Part shown: positions 37,461 through 46,520 of the stretch, in pieces
How positions within the stretch are numbered: the first letter of the stretch is position 1
How the letters are laid out: each line of letters opens with the position of its first letter
Assembly (NCBI GenBank): GCA_035534615.1
Contig: DATLRO010000082.1
Span: 436 to 64,435, forward strand
Source: Vicinamibacterales bacterium
Lineage (GTDB): Bacteria; Acidobacteriota; Vicinamibacteria; Vicinamibacterales; CAVVIG01
Reading direction: 5' to 3'
DNA length: 64,000 bases
Notes under the pieces: generated by a model
The model's input: only the letters and a program-made list of their open reading frames with translations
Database searches by the model: none
Told to the model about the DNA's origin: nothing
Position numbers and translations under genes: made by a program

Positions 37461-37575
37461 TAGGCCGGGCTGAAGCCCGGCGCTACGACAACATCCTGCT
37501 TCGTCGCGCCGGGCTTCAGTCCGGCTTTCGCCGCCCTGCTTCGTCGCGCCGGGCTTCAGCCCGGCTTTCGCCGCC
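37461..37575. repeat. REP-like intergenic palindromic element: two tandem 40-bp units plus one inverted partial copy
   Basis: ctgcttcgtcgcgccgggcttcag[t/c]ccggctttcgccgcc occurs twice head-to-tail (about 37496-37535 and 37536-37575). An inverted partial copy, ggccgggctgaagcccggcgctacga, lies at about 37463-37487. Each unit contains the hairpin gccgggc-ttca-gcccggc. Confidence 0.8.
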
Positions 37576-37614
37576 CGCCGCTCGTGGGTTACAGTAGCGC
37601 CCGAGAGACGCCCC

Positions 37615-38649
37615 ATGATTTTCCCCCGCCGCTTTCCGCTCGCCACCCTGCCGACGCCGCTCCAGGAGGCGCGCGCGCTGCGCGCCGCGCTCGGCGGGCC
37701 GGGCGCGTGCCCGCGCATTTTCATCAAGCGCGACGATCTGACCGGCCTCGCGTTCGGGGGCAACAAGGCGCGCAAGCTGGAGTTCCTGGTCGCCGACGCC
37801 CTGGCCGCCGGGTCGACGACGCTCATCACGACCGGCGCGGTGCAGTCGAACCACGCGCGAATGACCGCCGCCGCGGCGCGCGCGGCCGGCCTGGACTGCA
37901 CGCTCGTTCTCAGTACGGAGGCCCCGGCGCCCCACCCGACCGGCAACCTGCTGCTCGATTACATCCTCGGCGCCGCCGTCGAGTTCGTGCCGACGAGCGA
38001 CGATCCGGCGCTCGCGGTCGGCAACGATGCGGCGAAGGTCGAGGAGGTCGTGCAGCGCCTGCGCGCCGGCGGGCGCACGCCGTACGTGATTCCGATCGGC
38101 GGATCCAGTCCGATCGGGGCGCTCGGCTACGCCGACGGCACGCGCGAGCTGCTGACACAATGCCGCGAGCTCGGCATCGCCCCCAGCCGGCTGTACTTCG
38201 CGAGCGGATCGCGCGGCACGCAGGCGGGGCTGACGCTGGGCGCCAGGCTGTTCGGCGCGCCGTACCGGCTGCACGGCATCGCCGTCAGCGGCGGCGAGCC
38301 GGAAAAGGTCGTGCGGGCGGCCCGCGTGGCGACCGAGGCGGCGCGGCTCCTCGGCGAGACGGTGCAGGTCACGACGGCCGAGGTGTCGACCGCACAGGAG
38401 TATTACGGCGACGGCTACGGCATTCCGACGCCGGAGGGGCTCGACGCGATCACGCTGCTCGCACGGACGGAAGCCATCCTGCTCGATCCCACCTACACCG
38501 GGAAAGCGATGGCCGGCCTGATCGATCAGGTCCGCCGCGGCCTGATTTCCCCCGGCGAGACGATCGTGTTCCTCCACACCGGAGGAACGCCGGCGCTCTT
38601 CGCGCACGCCGACGCGATCCTTCGGCGACTCGCGCAACCGGCCGGCTAG
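37615..38649 (+). CDS. PLP-dependent D-cysteine desulfhydrase / ACC deaminase family enzyme
   Basis: 344 aa. PLP-lysine region DDLTGLAFGGNKARKLEFL, GGSSPIGALGY, and the C-terminal LDPTYTGKA...FLHTGG. Confidence 0.85.
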   Translation: MIFPRRFPLATLPTPLQEARALRAALGGPGACPRIFIKRDDLTGLAFGGNKARKLEFLVADALAAGSTTLITTGAVQSNHARMTAAAARAAGLDCTLVLSTEAPAPHPTGNLLLDYILGAAVEFVPTSDDPALAVGNDAAKVEEVVQRLRAGGRTPYVIPIGGSSPIGALGYADGTRELLTQCRELGIAPSRLYFASGSRGTQAGLTLGARLFGAPYRLHGIAVSGGEPEKVVRAARVATEAARLLGETVQVTTAEVSTAQEYYGDGYGIPTPEGLDAITLLARTEAILLDPTYTGKAMAGLIDQVRRGLISPGETIVFLHTGGTPALFAHADAILRRLAQPAG

Positions 38650-38689
38650 ACTCCGCGCCGGCCGCTCCCCTGATCGGCGCCGGCGGCCG

Positions 38690-40543
38690 TCAGTCAGCTT
38701 CACGTTCGATGGCGCAGCAGTGCGGCGCGTTCGCGCCCGGGTTCATCGCCGTCACCACGGCGCCCCGCGCGGAGTCCGGCCGGAACGTCGTACATCCCTT
38801 CAGCCCGAGATCGTACGCCGCGTCGTAGATCCGGCGGAACTGTTCGAACGGATAATCAGCCGCAACGGTGATCGTCTTCGAGATCGAGTTGTCGACGAAC
38901 GGCTGCAGCGCCGCCTGCATCGCCAGGTGCGCGCCCGCGTCGAGATCGCCCGCGGCGCGGAACGCCGGAGGGGTCCCCTCGGCGCGGCCGGCCTGCTGCC
39001 GCCACAGCCGGACCGCGGAGTCGACCAGCTCGAACTCCCGCGAAATCCCGTCCTCGTCCAGGACCGCCCGCCGGTACGCGTCCGCGAAGACCGGCTCCAG
39101 CCCGCTCGACACGTTGTTCGCCAGCAGGCTGATCGTCCCGGTCGGCGCAATCGCGGTCACATGGCTGTTGCGGATGCCGTGGCGCGCGATCCCGTCGCGG
39201 ACGTCGGCCGGCAGCGTCCGGATGAACCGGCCCTCGAGGTAGCGATCCCGGTCGAACGCCGGACAGGCGCCCTTCTCGCGGGCCAGCGCGATCGAGGCCC
39301 GGTACGCCTCGTGGCAGACCGTCCGCATCATCCCGGCCGCGACCTCCCGCGCCTGCGGCGATTCGTACGCGAGCCCGAGCATCATCAGGGCGTCCGCCAG
39401 GCCGGTGAGCCCGAGGCCGATCCGTCTGGCGCGCTGCGCCTGCGCCGCCTGCGCCGGCAACGGAAACTGCGAGGCGTCGATGACGTTGTCCAGCAGGCGC
39501 GTCGCCAGCCGGGTGGTCGCGGCCAGCGCCGGCTCGTCCAGCGCCGCCTCCGGCGTGAACGGCCGGCGGACGAACTGCGTCAGGTTGATCGACCCGAGAT
39601 CGCAGGCACCGTAGGGCGGCAGCGGAATCTCGCCGCACGGGTTGGTCGCCGTAATCCGTTCGGAGTACCACAGGTTGTTGAGCCGGTTCACCTGATCGAT
39701 GAACAGGACTCCCGGCTCCGCCCACTCGTAGGTCGCCCGCAGCAGCCGATCCCACAGCGCGCGCGCCTTCGGCCGGCCGTACACGCGGCAGGCCACCGGC
39801 CCGTCGTGCCCCGGCCACTCGCGCGTGATCGTCCCGGATGCCGGCTCGCCGGCGGCGGCGGGAAACACGAGCGGCCAATCCGCGTCGGCTCGCACCGCCG
39901 CCATGAAGGCATCGGTGACCTGCACCGACAGATTGAAGTTGTGGAGCGCGCCGGGCGACTGCTTGGCGGTGACGAACTCCTCGATGTCCGGATGATCGCA
40001 GCGCAGCGTCCCCATCATCGCGCCGCGGCGGGCGCCGGTCGACAGGATGGTCTGACACATGGCGTCCCAGACGCCCATGAACGACACGGGGCCGGACGCG
40101 ATGGCGCCCACGCCGCGCGCCTGCGCACCACGCGGGCGGAGCGTGGAGAAGTCGTACCCCACCCCGCCGCCCTGCTGCATCGTCGTCGCGCCTTCGTGGA
40201 GCGCCTGGAAGATGCCCGCCATGGAGTCGTCGATGCGGCCCATGACGAAGCAGTTGAAGAGCGTGACCTGCCGGCCGGTGCCGGCACCGGCCTGGATGCG
40301 GCCGCCCGGCAGGAAGTGGAAGTCCAGGAGGATCGAGTAGAAGCGATCGGCCCAGTCCACCTGCCCGGCCGGCTCGACGGCCGCGAGCGCGCGGGCGATG
40401 CGCCGCCAGGTGTCCTGAATGGTGTCGTCGTGGAAGGCGGCCCCGTCGCGATGCCGGTATCGCGTCCGCCACACGTGGCGTGCGATGTCGACCGCAAACG
40501 GGTCGGCGGCCTGCGCGGATTCCGGACGCGGACCGGCCATCAT
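38690..40543 (-). CDS. nrdJ: Adenosylcobalamin-dependent (class II) ribonucleotide reductase
   Basis: ORF 38690..40816 trimmed to MMAGPRPESAQAADPF... (617 aa). FLPGGRI, the active-site motif NPCGEIPLPPYGACDLGS, TGTISLL, the C-terminal block SISKTI, and a terminal Cys pair (HCCAIE). Confidence 0.9.
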   Translation of the reverse strand: MMAGPRPESAQAADPFAVDIARHVWRTRYRHRDGAAFHDDTIQDTWRRIARALAAVEPAGQVDWADRFYSILLDFHFLPGGRIQAGAGTGRQVTLFNCFVMGRIDDSMAGIFQALHEGATTMQQGGGVGYDFSTLRPRGAQARGVGAIASGPVSFMGVWDAMCQTILSTGARRGAMMGTLRCDHPDIEEFVTAKQSPGALHNFNLSVQVTDAFMAAVRADADWPLVFPAAAGEPASGTITREWPGHDGPVACRVYGRPKARALWDRLLRATYEWAEPGVLFIDQVNRLNNLWYSERITATNPCGEIPLPPYGACDLGSINLTQFVRRPFTPEAALDEPALAATTRLATRLLDNVIDASQFPLPAQAAQAQRARRIGLGLTGLADALMMLGLAYESPQAREVAAGMMRTVCHEAYRASIALAREKGACPAFDRDRYLEGRFIRTLPADVRDGIARHGIRNSHVTAIAPTGTISLLANNVSSGLEPVFADAYRRAVLDEDGISREFELVDSAVRLWRQQAGRAEGTPPAFRAAGDLDAGAHLAMQAALQPFVDNSISKTITVAADYPFEQFRRIYDAAYDLGLKGCTTFRPDSARGAVVTAMNPGANAPHCCAIEREAD

Positions 40544-40656
40544 CTGCCCTCGCTGGCGCGGACGCGGACACGGACGCTGTCTATCCGGCCGCCACCCCCA
40601 TTGTCGATCGCCGGCGGGCGCCCGTCGAGTGCGCGGGCGGCGGCCAACCGGGCGCG

Positions 40657-41628
40657 CTACCGGCGTCGCGTCGCGCGGCCCTTGCCCGGCACCGCGCCGG
40701 ACGCGGCGCCGCCGGACGGCCGATCCGTGGCGCCGGCCGCGCGCCCCGTCCCGCCCATGACCCATCCGCCCTGCAGGGCGCCGTCGCCGACGGACCCGCG
40801 GAGCAGGCCGTGCCACTTCGGTCTGCCGCCGAGCACGAAGCCCCAGGCGAACATCGCGATCCCCGGCGGCAGCAGGACCACGAGCGCGGAGGGAGAGAAC
40901 AGCACCAGTCCGAGCCCCAGCGGTGTCCCGCCGAAGATGCTGCCCCAGAGCACCGGCGCGACCGTCTTCGTCCGGCTGCCGATGCCGACGGCAAACGCCC
41001 CGGCCGCCATGAGCAGTCCGAACAGCGGGAGCATCCAGGCGGGCGGCGTGCCGCCGGCCGTCTCCGCCAGGCGCTGGCGCTCGGCCGGCGTCAGCACGTG
41101 ATGGCGCCGCACGAGGTCGACCACGCGCTGTATGCCCTGCAGCAGGCCGTCACGGTAGTCCCCCTTCTTGAACGACGGCACGAAGGCGGTGCGGATGACC
41201 TGATCAACCAGCACGTCCGGCAGGATCGGCTCGAGGCCGCGGCTGACGGTGATGTGGATCCGCTGCGTGGCCGGCGCGACCAGCACGAGGATGCCGCGGT
41301 CCTGTCCGCGGCCGATGCCCCACGCCCGGAACAGCTCGTTCGCATACGCGCCGGCCGTCAGACCGTCGAGTGACTTCACCGTCACCAGCACGATGTCCGC
41401 CCTCGTCTGGCGCTCGGCCTCGCGCAGCCGTGTCTGCAGTGTGAGCTGGGCGTCGCTGTCGAGCACGCCGGCAAAATCGTTGACGTGGCCCTGCCGCGGC
41501 GGAAACGCCGCGTGAAGCACGGCCTGGCCGAGCGCGAGCGCCACGCAGGCGGCCGCCAGCGTCGACAGCGGCCGGCGGATCCGTTTCGGCAGGGTGGCGA
41601 TCGCGGCGCGTGAAGACCGTGAGGACAG
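40657..41628 (-). CDS. TPM-domain (YgcG/TLP18.3-like phosphatase fold) membrane protein; start codon unresolved
   Basis: The real part of ORF 40657..42048 begins near ...LPKRIRRPLSTLAAACVALALGQAVLHA (signal). The TPM block follows (GHVNDFAGVLD...ADIVLVTVKSL...GILVLVA...RIHI.VSRGLE). Then come 2-3 TM helices and a Gly-rich tail. There is no in-frame ATG, GTG or TTG next to the signal peptide, so the listed start (a CTG/Leu codon) is only a placeholder. Confidence 0.6.
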   Translation of the reverse strand: MSSRSSRAAIATLPKRIRRPLSTLAAACVALALGQAVLHAAFPPRQGHVNDFAGVLDSDAQLTLQTRLREAERQTRADIVLVTVKSLDGLTAGAYANELFRAWGIGRGQDRGILVLVAPATQRIHITVSRGLEPILPDVLVDQVIRTAFVPSFKKGDYRDGLLQGIQRVVDLVRRHHVLTPAERQRLAETAGGTPPAWMLPLFGLLMAAGAFAVGIGSRTKTVAPVLWGSIFGGTPLGLGLVLFSPSALVVLLPPGIAMFAWGFVLGGRPKWHGLLRGSVGDGALQGGWVMGGTGRAAGATDRPSGGAASGAVPGKGRATRRR

Positions 41629-42010
41629 GATGGGTCTGCCCGGGGCCGGGAGACGACGGCACGGGCGCGAAGCGGACCGCGCCCGATTGAACCAGGCCGG
41701 CCGGCTGTCGATTATCTGACCGGAGCCGGCCTCCGGCTCGATCCCGTCCGCAGGACGTGTGCGCCGGCGTGCGCTTCCGGAGCAGGTGTGCGATCCAAAG
41801 AGCACATGTGCAAAGCTCCAGCCAGCCTGCGGCTTCCCAGCCGCGCCGGCAACTCCCACGGCAACAAGGGCCTCCCCTCCAGCCTTCGATTTCAACGTTC
41901 TGGTCTCCATCGTGCAGGCCCCTCTCGTGCCAGTGCGCCTGCCTCGTTCGTGGGCGCGGTCGGATCTGTCCGTCCTCGGCGACGCCGAGCCGGGCAGAGG
42001 GGGGCGCATC

Positions 42011-42244
42011 ATGCCACGCATCATCGTCAGACGCGACTGTGCCGACACCTTTCAGCAGTTGCAGGAGGCGTTCGCCGACGACGCCGGCGTGGAAGTTCTC
42101 TGGGACCGGCGGGCCGCCGAGCGGCGGACCCGACCGCAGCGCGCCGGGGTCACGAAGGCCGCGGCCGATCGCCGCGGGCCCGATCGCCGGAAGCGACCTT
42201 CCCAGACCTGGCTGATGCTCGACTTCGTCGTCGTCGGGGATTGA
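42011..42244 (+). CDS. Small Arg-rich hypothetical protein (77 aa)
   Basis: The 3' part of ORF 41759..42244 starts at MPRIIVRRDCADTFQQLQEAFADDAGVEVLWDRR... and is preceded by a G-rich RBS. It has repeated (D/E)RR motifs and a hydrophobic C-terminus (WLMLDFVVVGD). Coding status is not proven. Confidence 0.4.
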   Translation: MPRIIVRRDCADTFQQLQEAFADDAGVEVLWDRRAAERRTRPQRAGVTKAAADRRGPDRRKRPSQTWLMLDFVVVGD

Positions 42245-42256
42245 GGACGCCCCCGC

Positions 42257-44182
42257 TCAGGTCGCCCGCGAATCGAGCTCGTCCCAGCGCGCATACAGGT
42301 CGACCACTTCCCGATCGAGCGCGGCCAGTCGCTCGAGGGTCCGGTTGATCGCCTCCGGCGGCTCCGTGTAGAAGTCGGCACGGGCGACCCTCTCGTTCAG
42401 CTGCTGCTGTTCCGCTTCGAGCACCTCCAGGCGCGCGGGAAGCCGGGCCAGCTCACGCTGTTCGTTGTAGGAGAGCTTCTTCCGGGTGAGGGTGTCGGCG
42501 GGCGACGCCACGGCGGCGCTTCCCCCGTCCCCGCCCCGGCGACGCACCGGGCGGGGGGGCTCCACGCCGCCGCCCGCGGCCGCGTCGGCCGCCTTCTGGC
42601 GCACCCAGTCGTCGTAGCCGCCGACCGACTCCTGCACGCGACCGTCGCCTTCGAACGCCAGGACGCTGGTGACGACGTTGTCGAGGAAGACGCGGTCGTG
42701 GCTGACCAGCAGCAGCGTGCCGGTCCATTCGGCCAGCTGTGCCTCGAGCAGCTCGAGCGTTTCGAGATCGAGATCGTTGGTCGGCTCGTCCAGCACCAGC
42801 ACGTTCGCCGGCCGCGTGAACAGCCGCGCGAGCAGCAGCCGGTTGCGCTCGCCGCCCGACAGCGCCTTCACGGGCGACCGCGCCCGTTCCGGCGGGAACA
42901 GGAAATCGCGCAGGTAGCCGTGCACGTGGCGCGGCTGGCCGTTGACCGTCACCGTCTCGTTGCCGTCCCCGACCGTGTCGAACACCGTCCGTTCCGGGTC
43001 GAGCTGTTCGCGCTGCTGGTCGTAGTAGGCGACCAGCACGTTCGCCCCCTGCCGCACGACCCCGGTGTCCGGCGCGATCTCTCCCAGCAGCAGCCTCAGC
43101 AGGGTCGTCTTGCCGGCGCCGTTCGGGCCGATGAGGCCGATCCGGTCGCCGCGCACGACGCGGGTCGAGAAGTCGCGGATCACGGGGGTGCCATCGAACG
43201 CCTTGCTGACGTGCTCCGCTTCGAAGACCATCTGCCCCGACCGCTCCGCCTGTTCGACCTGGAGACGGACCGTTCCGATCTGCTCCCGGCGCGCGGCCCG
43301 TTCGGCGCGCATCGCCATCAGCGCGCGGACGCGCCCCTCGTTGCGCGTCCGCCTGGCCTTGATCCCCTGGCGGAGCCACGCCTCTTCCCCGGCCAGCCGC
43401 TTGTCGAACTTCGCCTGGTGCACCGCTTCGCTCGCCAGCCACTCTTCCTTCTTGCGCAGGAACGTCTCGTAATCGCCCGGCCACGACGTCAGGCGGCCGC
43501 GATCGAGCTCCACGATGCGCGTCGCGAGGCGCTGGAGGAAGGCGCGGTCGTGGGTGACGAAGACCACGGCGCCCGGATATTCACCGAGGAAGCGTTCGAG
43601 CCAGAGAATGGCGTCGATGTCCAGGTGGTTCGTCGGCTCGTCCAGCAGCAGCAGGTCCGGCTGGGCGACCAGCGCGCGGGCGAGCAGCACGCGGCGGCGC
43701 CAGCCGCCCGAGAGCGTGTCGACCACCGCGTCGGCCTGCAGGCCGAGACGGTCCAGGATCAGTTCGACGCGCTGCTCGAGGCGCCAGCCGTCCTTCTCGT
43801 CGAGCTCGTGCTGGAGGCGGCCCAGCCGTTCCATCAGCGCCGGCGTCGCCTCCGCGGCCAGCTCGCTCGCCGTGTGGTGGTAGGCGCGGACCAGGTCGCT
43901 GAGGTCGCCGAGCCCGTCCGCCACGATGTCGAACACCGGGCGGTCGGCCGACAATGGCACGTCCTGGACGAGGCGGGCGACACGCGTGCCCGGCTGTCGC
44001 CAGAGCGTGCCGGTGTCGGGCGGCAGCTCGCCGCTGACGATCTGGAGGAGCGTGGACTTGCCGGCGCCGTTCCGCCCGAGCACGCAGACGCGCTCGCCCG
44101 GCTCGATCTGGAGGCTGACCTCGTCCAGCAGCGGCAGGTGTCCAAAGGCGACGGAGACATGGTCGAGCGCGACGAGCGGCAT
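42257..44182 (-). CDS. uup: ABC-F family ATPase, Uup-like
   Basis: ORF 42257..44317 trimmed to MPLVALDHVSVAFG... (641 aa). Two ABC cassettes (GRNGAGKST / LSGGWRRR; GPNGAGKTT / LSGGERNR), no TM domain, and a C-terminal coiled-coil tail. Confidence 0.85.
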   Translation of the reverse strand: MPLVALDHVSVAFGHLPLLDEVSLQIEPGERVCVLGRNGAGKSTLLQIVSGELPPDTGTLWRQPGTRVARLVQDVPLSADRPVFDIVADGLGDLSDLVRAYHHTASELAAEATPALMERLGRLQHELDEKDGWRLEQRVELILDRLGLQADAVVDTLSGGWRRRVLLARALVAQPDLLLLDEPTNHLDIDAILWLERFLGEYPGAVVFVTHDRAFLQRLATRIVELDRGRLTSWPGDYETFLRKKEEWLASEAVHQAKFDKRLAGEEAWLRQGIKARRTRNEGRVRALMAMRAERAARREQIGTVRLQVEQAERSGQMVFEAEHVSKAFDGTPVIRDFSTRVVRGDRIGLIGPNGAGKTTLLRLLLGEIAPDTGVVRQGANVLVAYYDQQREQLDPERTVFDTVGDGNETVTVNGQPRHVHGYLRDFLFPPERARSPVKALSGGERNRLLLARLFTRPANVLVLDEPTNDLDLETLELLEAQLAEWTGTLLLVSHDRVFLDNVVTSVLAFEGDGRVQESVGGYDDWVRQKAADAAAGGGVEPPRPVRRRGGDGGSAAVASPADTLTRKKLSYNEQRELARLPARLEVLEAEQQQLNERVARADFYTEPPEAINRTLERLAALDREVVDLYARWDELDSRAT

Positions 44183-44372
44183 CCCGAACAAGGTACCGCG
44201 GAAGCGGGAACCTGTCCAACGCCCGGGGGCCCGGGCCGCGCCCGGCCGGCAGATGACCCGGCAGGGCCGGGCGGCCGGGCCGGGCGGCACGGGCCCATGG
44301 TAGAATAGAGAGTTCATCCTGTCATGTTTCGGTCCGGCGTACGGGCGCCAGCGGGGAGCGCAGGTTCTTCAG

Positions 44373-45971
44373 ATGATCTCGGTCAACAACATCTCGATGC
44401 GGTACGGCTCGAAGATTCTCTTCGAGGACGTCACCACCACCTTCAACACCGGCCGGCGGTACGGCCTCACCGGGCCGAACGGCGCCGGGAAGTCGACCTT
44501 CATGAAGCTGCTGACCGGCGAGCTGACGCCGCAGCGCGGCACGGTCGTCCGGCCGCAGAAGGTCGGCGTCCTGCGCCAGGACCAGTTCGCCTTCGACCGC
44601 TTCCGCGTCGTCGACACCGTCGTCATGGGCAACGCACGGCTGTGGAGCGCCCTCGAGGAGCGCGAGCGGCTCTACGCCAGGGACGCGATGACCGAGGAAG
44701 ACGGGATGCGCCTCGGCGAGCTCGAGGGCATCGTCGGCGAGGAGGACGGCTACACCGCCGAGAGCGACGCCGCCATCCTGCTCCAGGGGCTCGACATTCC
44801 GGACGACCTGCACGGGCGGACGATGGCCGAGCTGCAGGGCGGCCAGAAGGTCCGCGTCCTGCTGGCCCAGGCGCTGTTCGGCCATCCACAGGCGCTGCTG
44901 CTGGACGAGCCGACCAACCACCTCGACCTCGACTCAATCCACTGGCTGAAGGATTTCCTCGTTCACTACGACGGCACCCTCATCGTCATCTCGCACGACC
45001 GCCACTTCCTGAACGCCGTCTGCACGCACACGGCCGACATCGACTACGAGACGATCATCACCTACTCGGGCGGCTACGACGACATGGTGGTCGCCAAGAC
45101 GCAGACCCGCTCGCGCATCGAAGCGGAGAACGCGCAGCGGGAGAAGAAGATTGCCCAGCTCAACGACTTCATCGCCCGCTTCGCCGCCGGCACCCGCGCC
45201 AGCCAGGTGACCTCGCGCCGCAAGGAAGTCGAACGCCTGCAGACGACGGAGCTGGCCCGATCGAACATTCAGCGCCCCTACATCAAGTTCACGATGAACC
45301 GCCCGTCGGGCCGCACGCCGCTCGAATTCGAGGGGATCGTCAAGGGCTACAACGGCACGCCGGTCATCTCCGGGTTCGCCGCGCAGGTCCACCGGGGCGA
45401 CAAGATCGTGCTCGTCGGCCGCAACGGTCTCGGCAAGACGACGCTGCTGAAAGCGCTCCTCGCCGACGCCCCGAACCTGCCGGCCTCGCCGGCCGACATC
45501 GACGGCGGAACGGTCCGCTGGGGCCACGAAGCGTCCATCGGCTACTTCCCGCAGGACCACACCGGCGTCATCGACAAGGGCCTGACGGTCGTCGAATGGC
45601 TGCACCGGTTCGATCCGGGCGCGTCGCGGCAGGACATCCACGGCCTGCTCGGCCAGATGCTGTTCAGCGGCGAAGACGGCTACAAGCCGACCGACGGGCT
45701 GTCGGGCGGCGAAACCGCCCGGCTGCTGTTCTGCCGGATCATGCTGCAGAAGCCGAACATCCTCGTGCTGGACGAGCCGACGAACCACCTCGACCTGGAA
45801 TCGATCAACGCCCTGAACGTCGCGCTGCAGAAGTTCGAGGGCACGGTGCTGCTGGTCACCCACGATCAGGACGTGATGGAGGAAGTCGGCACCCGCGTCT
45901 GGCACTTCCGGCAGGAGGGGATCCACGACTTCAAGGGAAGCTACGAAGAGTTCTCCGCCTCGCTCGTCTGA
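44373..45971 (+). CDS. ABC-F family ATPase (YbiT/EttA-class)
   Basis: 532 aa. Two cassettes (GPNGAGKST / LQGGQKVR; GRNGLGKTT / LSGGETAR), an inter-domain linker, and no TM domain. Confidence 0.88.
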   Translation: MISVNNISMRYGSKILFEDVTTTFNTGRRYGLTGPNGAGKSTFMKLLTGELTPQRGTVVRPQKVGVLRQDQFAFDRFRVVDTVVMGNARLWSALEERERLYARDAMTEEDGMRLGELEGIVGEEDGYTAESDAAILLQGLDIPDDLHGRTMAELQGGQKVRVLLAQALFGHPQALLLDEPTNHLDLDSIHWLKDFLVHYDGTLIVISHDRHFLNAVCTHTADIDYETIITYSGGYDDMVVAKTQTRSRIEAENAQREKKIAQLNDFIARFAAGTRASQVTSRRKEVERLQTTELARSNIQRPYIKFTMNRPSGRTPLEFEGIVKGYNGTPVISGFAAQVHRGDKIVLVGRNGLGKTTLLKALLADAPNLPASPADIDGGTVRWGHEASIGYFPQDHTGVIDKGLTVVEWLHRFDPGASRQDIHGLLGQMLFSGEDGYKPTDGLSGGETARLLFCRIMLQKPNILVLDEPTNHLDLESINALNVALQKFEGTVLLVTHDQDVMEEVGTRVWHFRQEGIHDFKGSYEEFSASLV

Positions 45972-46031
45972 GCCGCCGCCCGTCCTGCAATGGGCGTCGC
46001 GGGCCGGGCGAAGAGAGGGCCCGGAGCGGCC

Positions 46032-46457
46032 ATGCCCGAACTGACCGTCCTCTACGACGGCGCCTGCAGCCTGTGCCGCGCGAGCGCGATGCGGCTGCGG
46101 CAGCTCGACCGCGGCGGTCGCGTCGAGCTGCTCGACCTGCACCGGCCGGACGTCGCCGCCCGCTTTCCGCAGGTGGATCGCCAGGAGGCGCTCCGGTGGA
46201 TGCAGGCGGTCGATCCCCACGGCCGCGTCTATTCGGGCGCCGATGCCTGGGCGCGCATCGGCCTCACCCTGCCGGGCTGGAGGCTGATCGCCTGGCTCCT
46301 GCTGGTGCCCGGCATTCACTTCGCCGCCCGCCAGGCCTACGCCTGGGTCGCGCGCAACCGCTACCGCTGGAACCACGATCTGTGCGCCGACGGCTCGTGC
46401 GCCGTCCACCTCGGCCAGCCGCCCCCGCCCTCCGACCGGCCGGCAGACCCGCACTAG
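46032..46457 (+). CDS. DCC-family (DUF393) putative thiol-disulfide oxidoreductase
   Basis: ORF 45990..46457 trimmed to MPELTVLYDGACSLCRASA... (141 aa). The DGxCxLC redox motif lies near the N-terminus. Confidence 0.8.
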   Translation: MPELTVLYDGACSLCRASAMRLRQLDRGGRVELLDLHRPDVAARFPQVDRQEALRWMQAVDPHGRVYSGADAWARIGLTLPGWRLIAWLLLVPGIHFAARQAYAWVARNRYRWNHDLCADGSCAVHLGQPPPPSDRPADPH

Positions 46458-46520
46458 CCCGGCAAGGCCGTCCGCGGCCCGCACCGCGCGTCCCCGGCTT
46501 CCCTATAATGGCGGTCGCCG

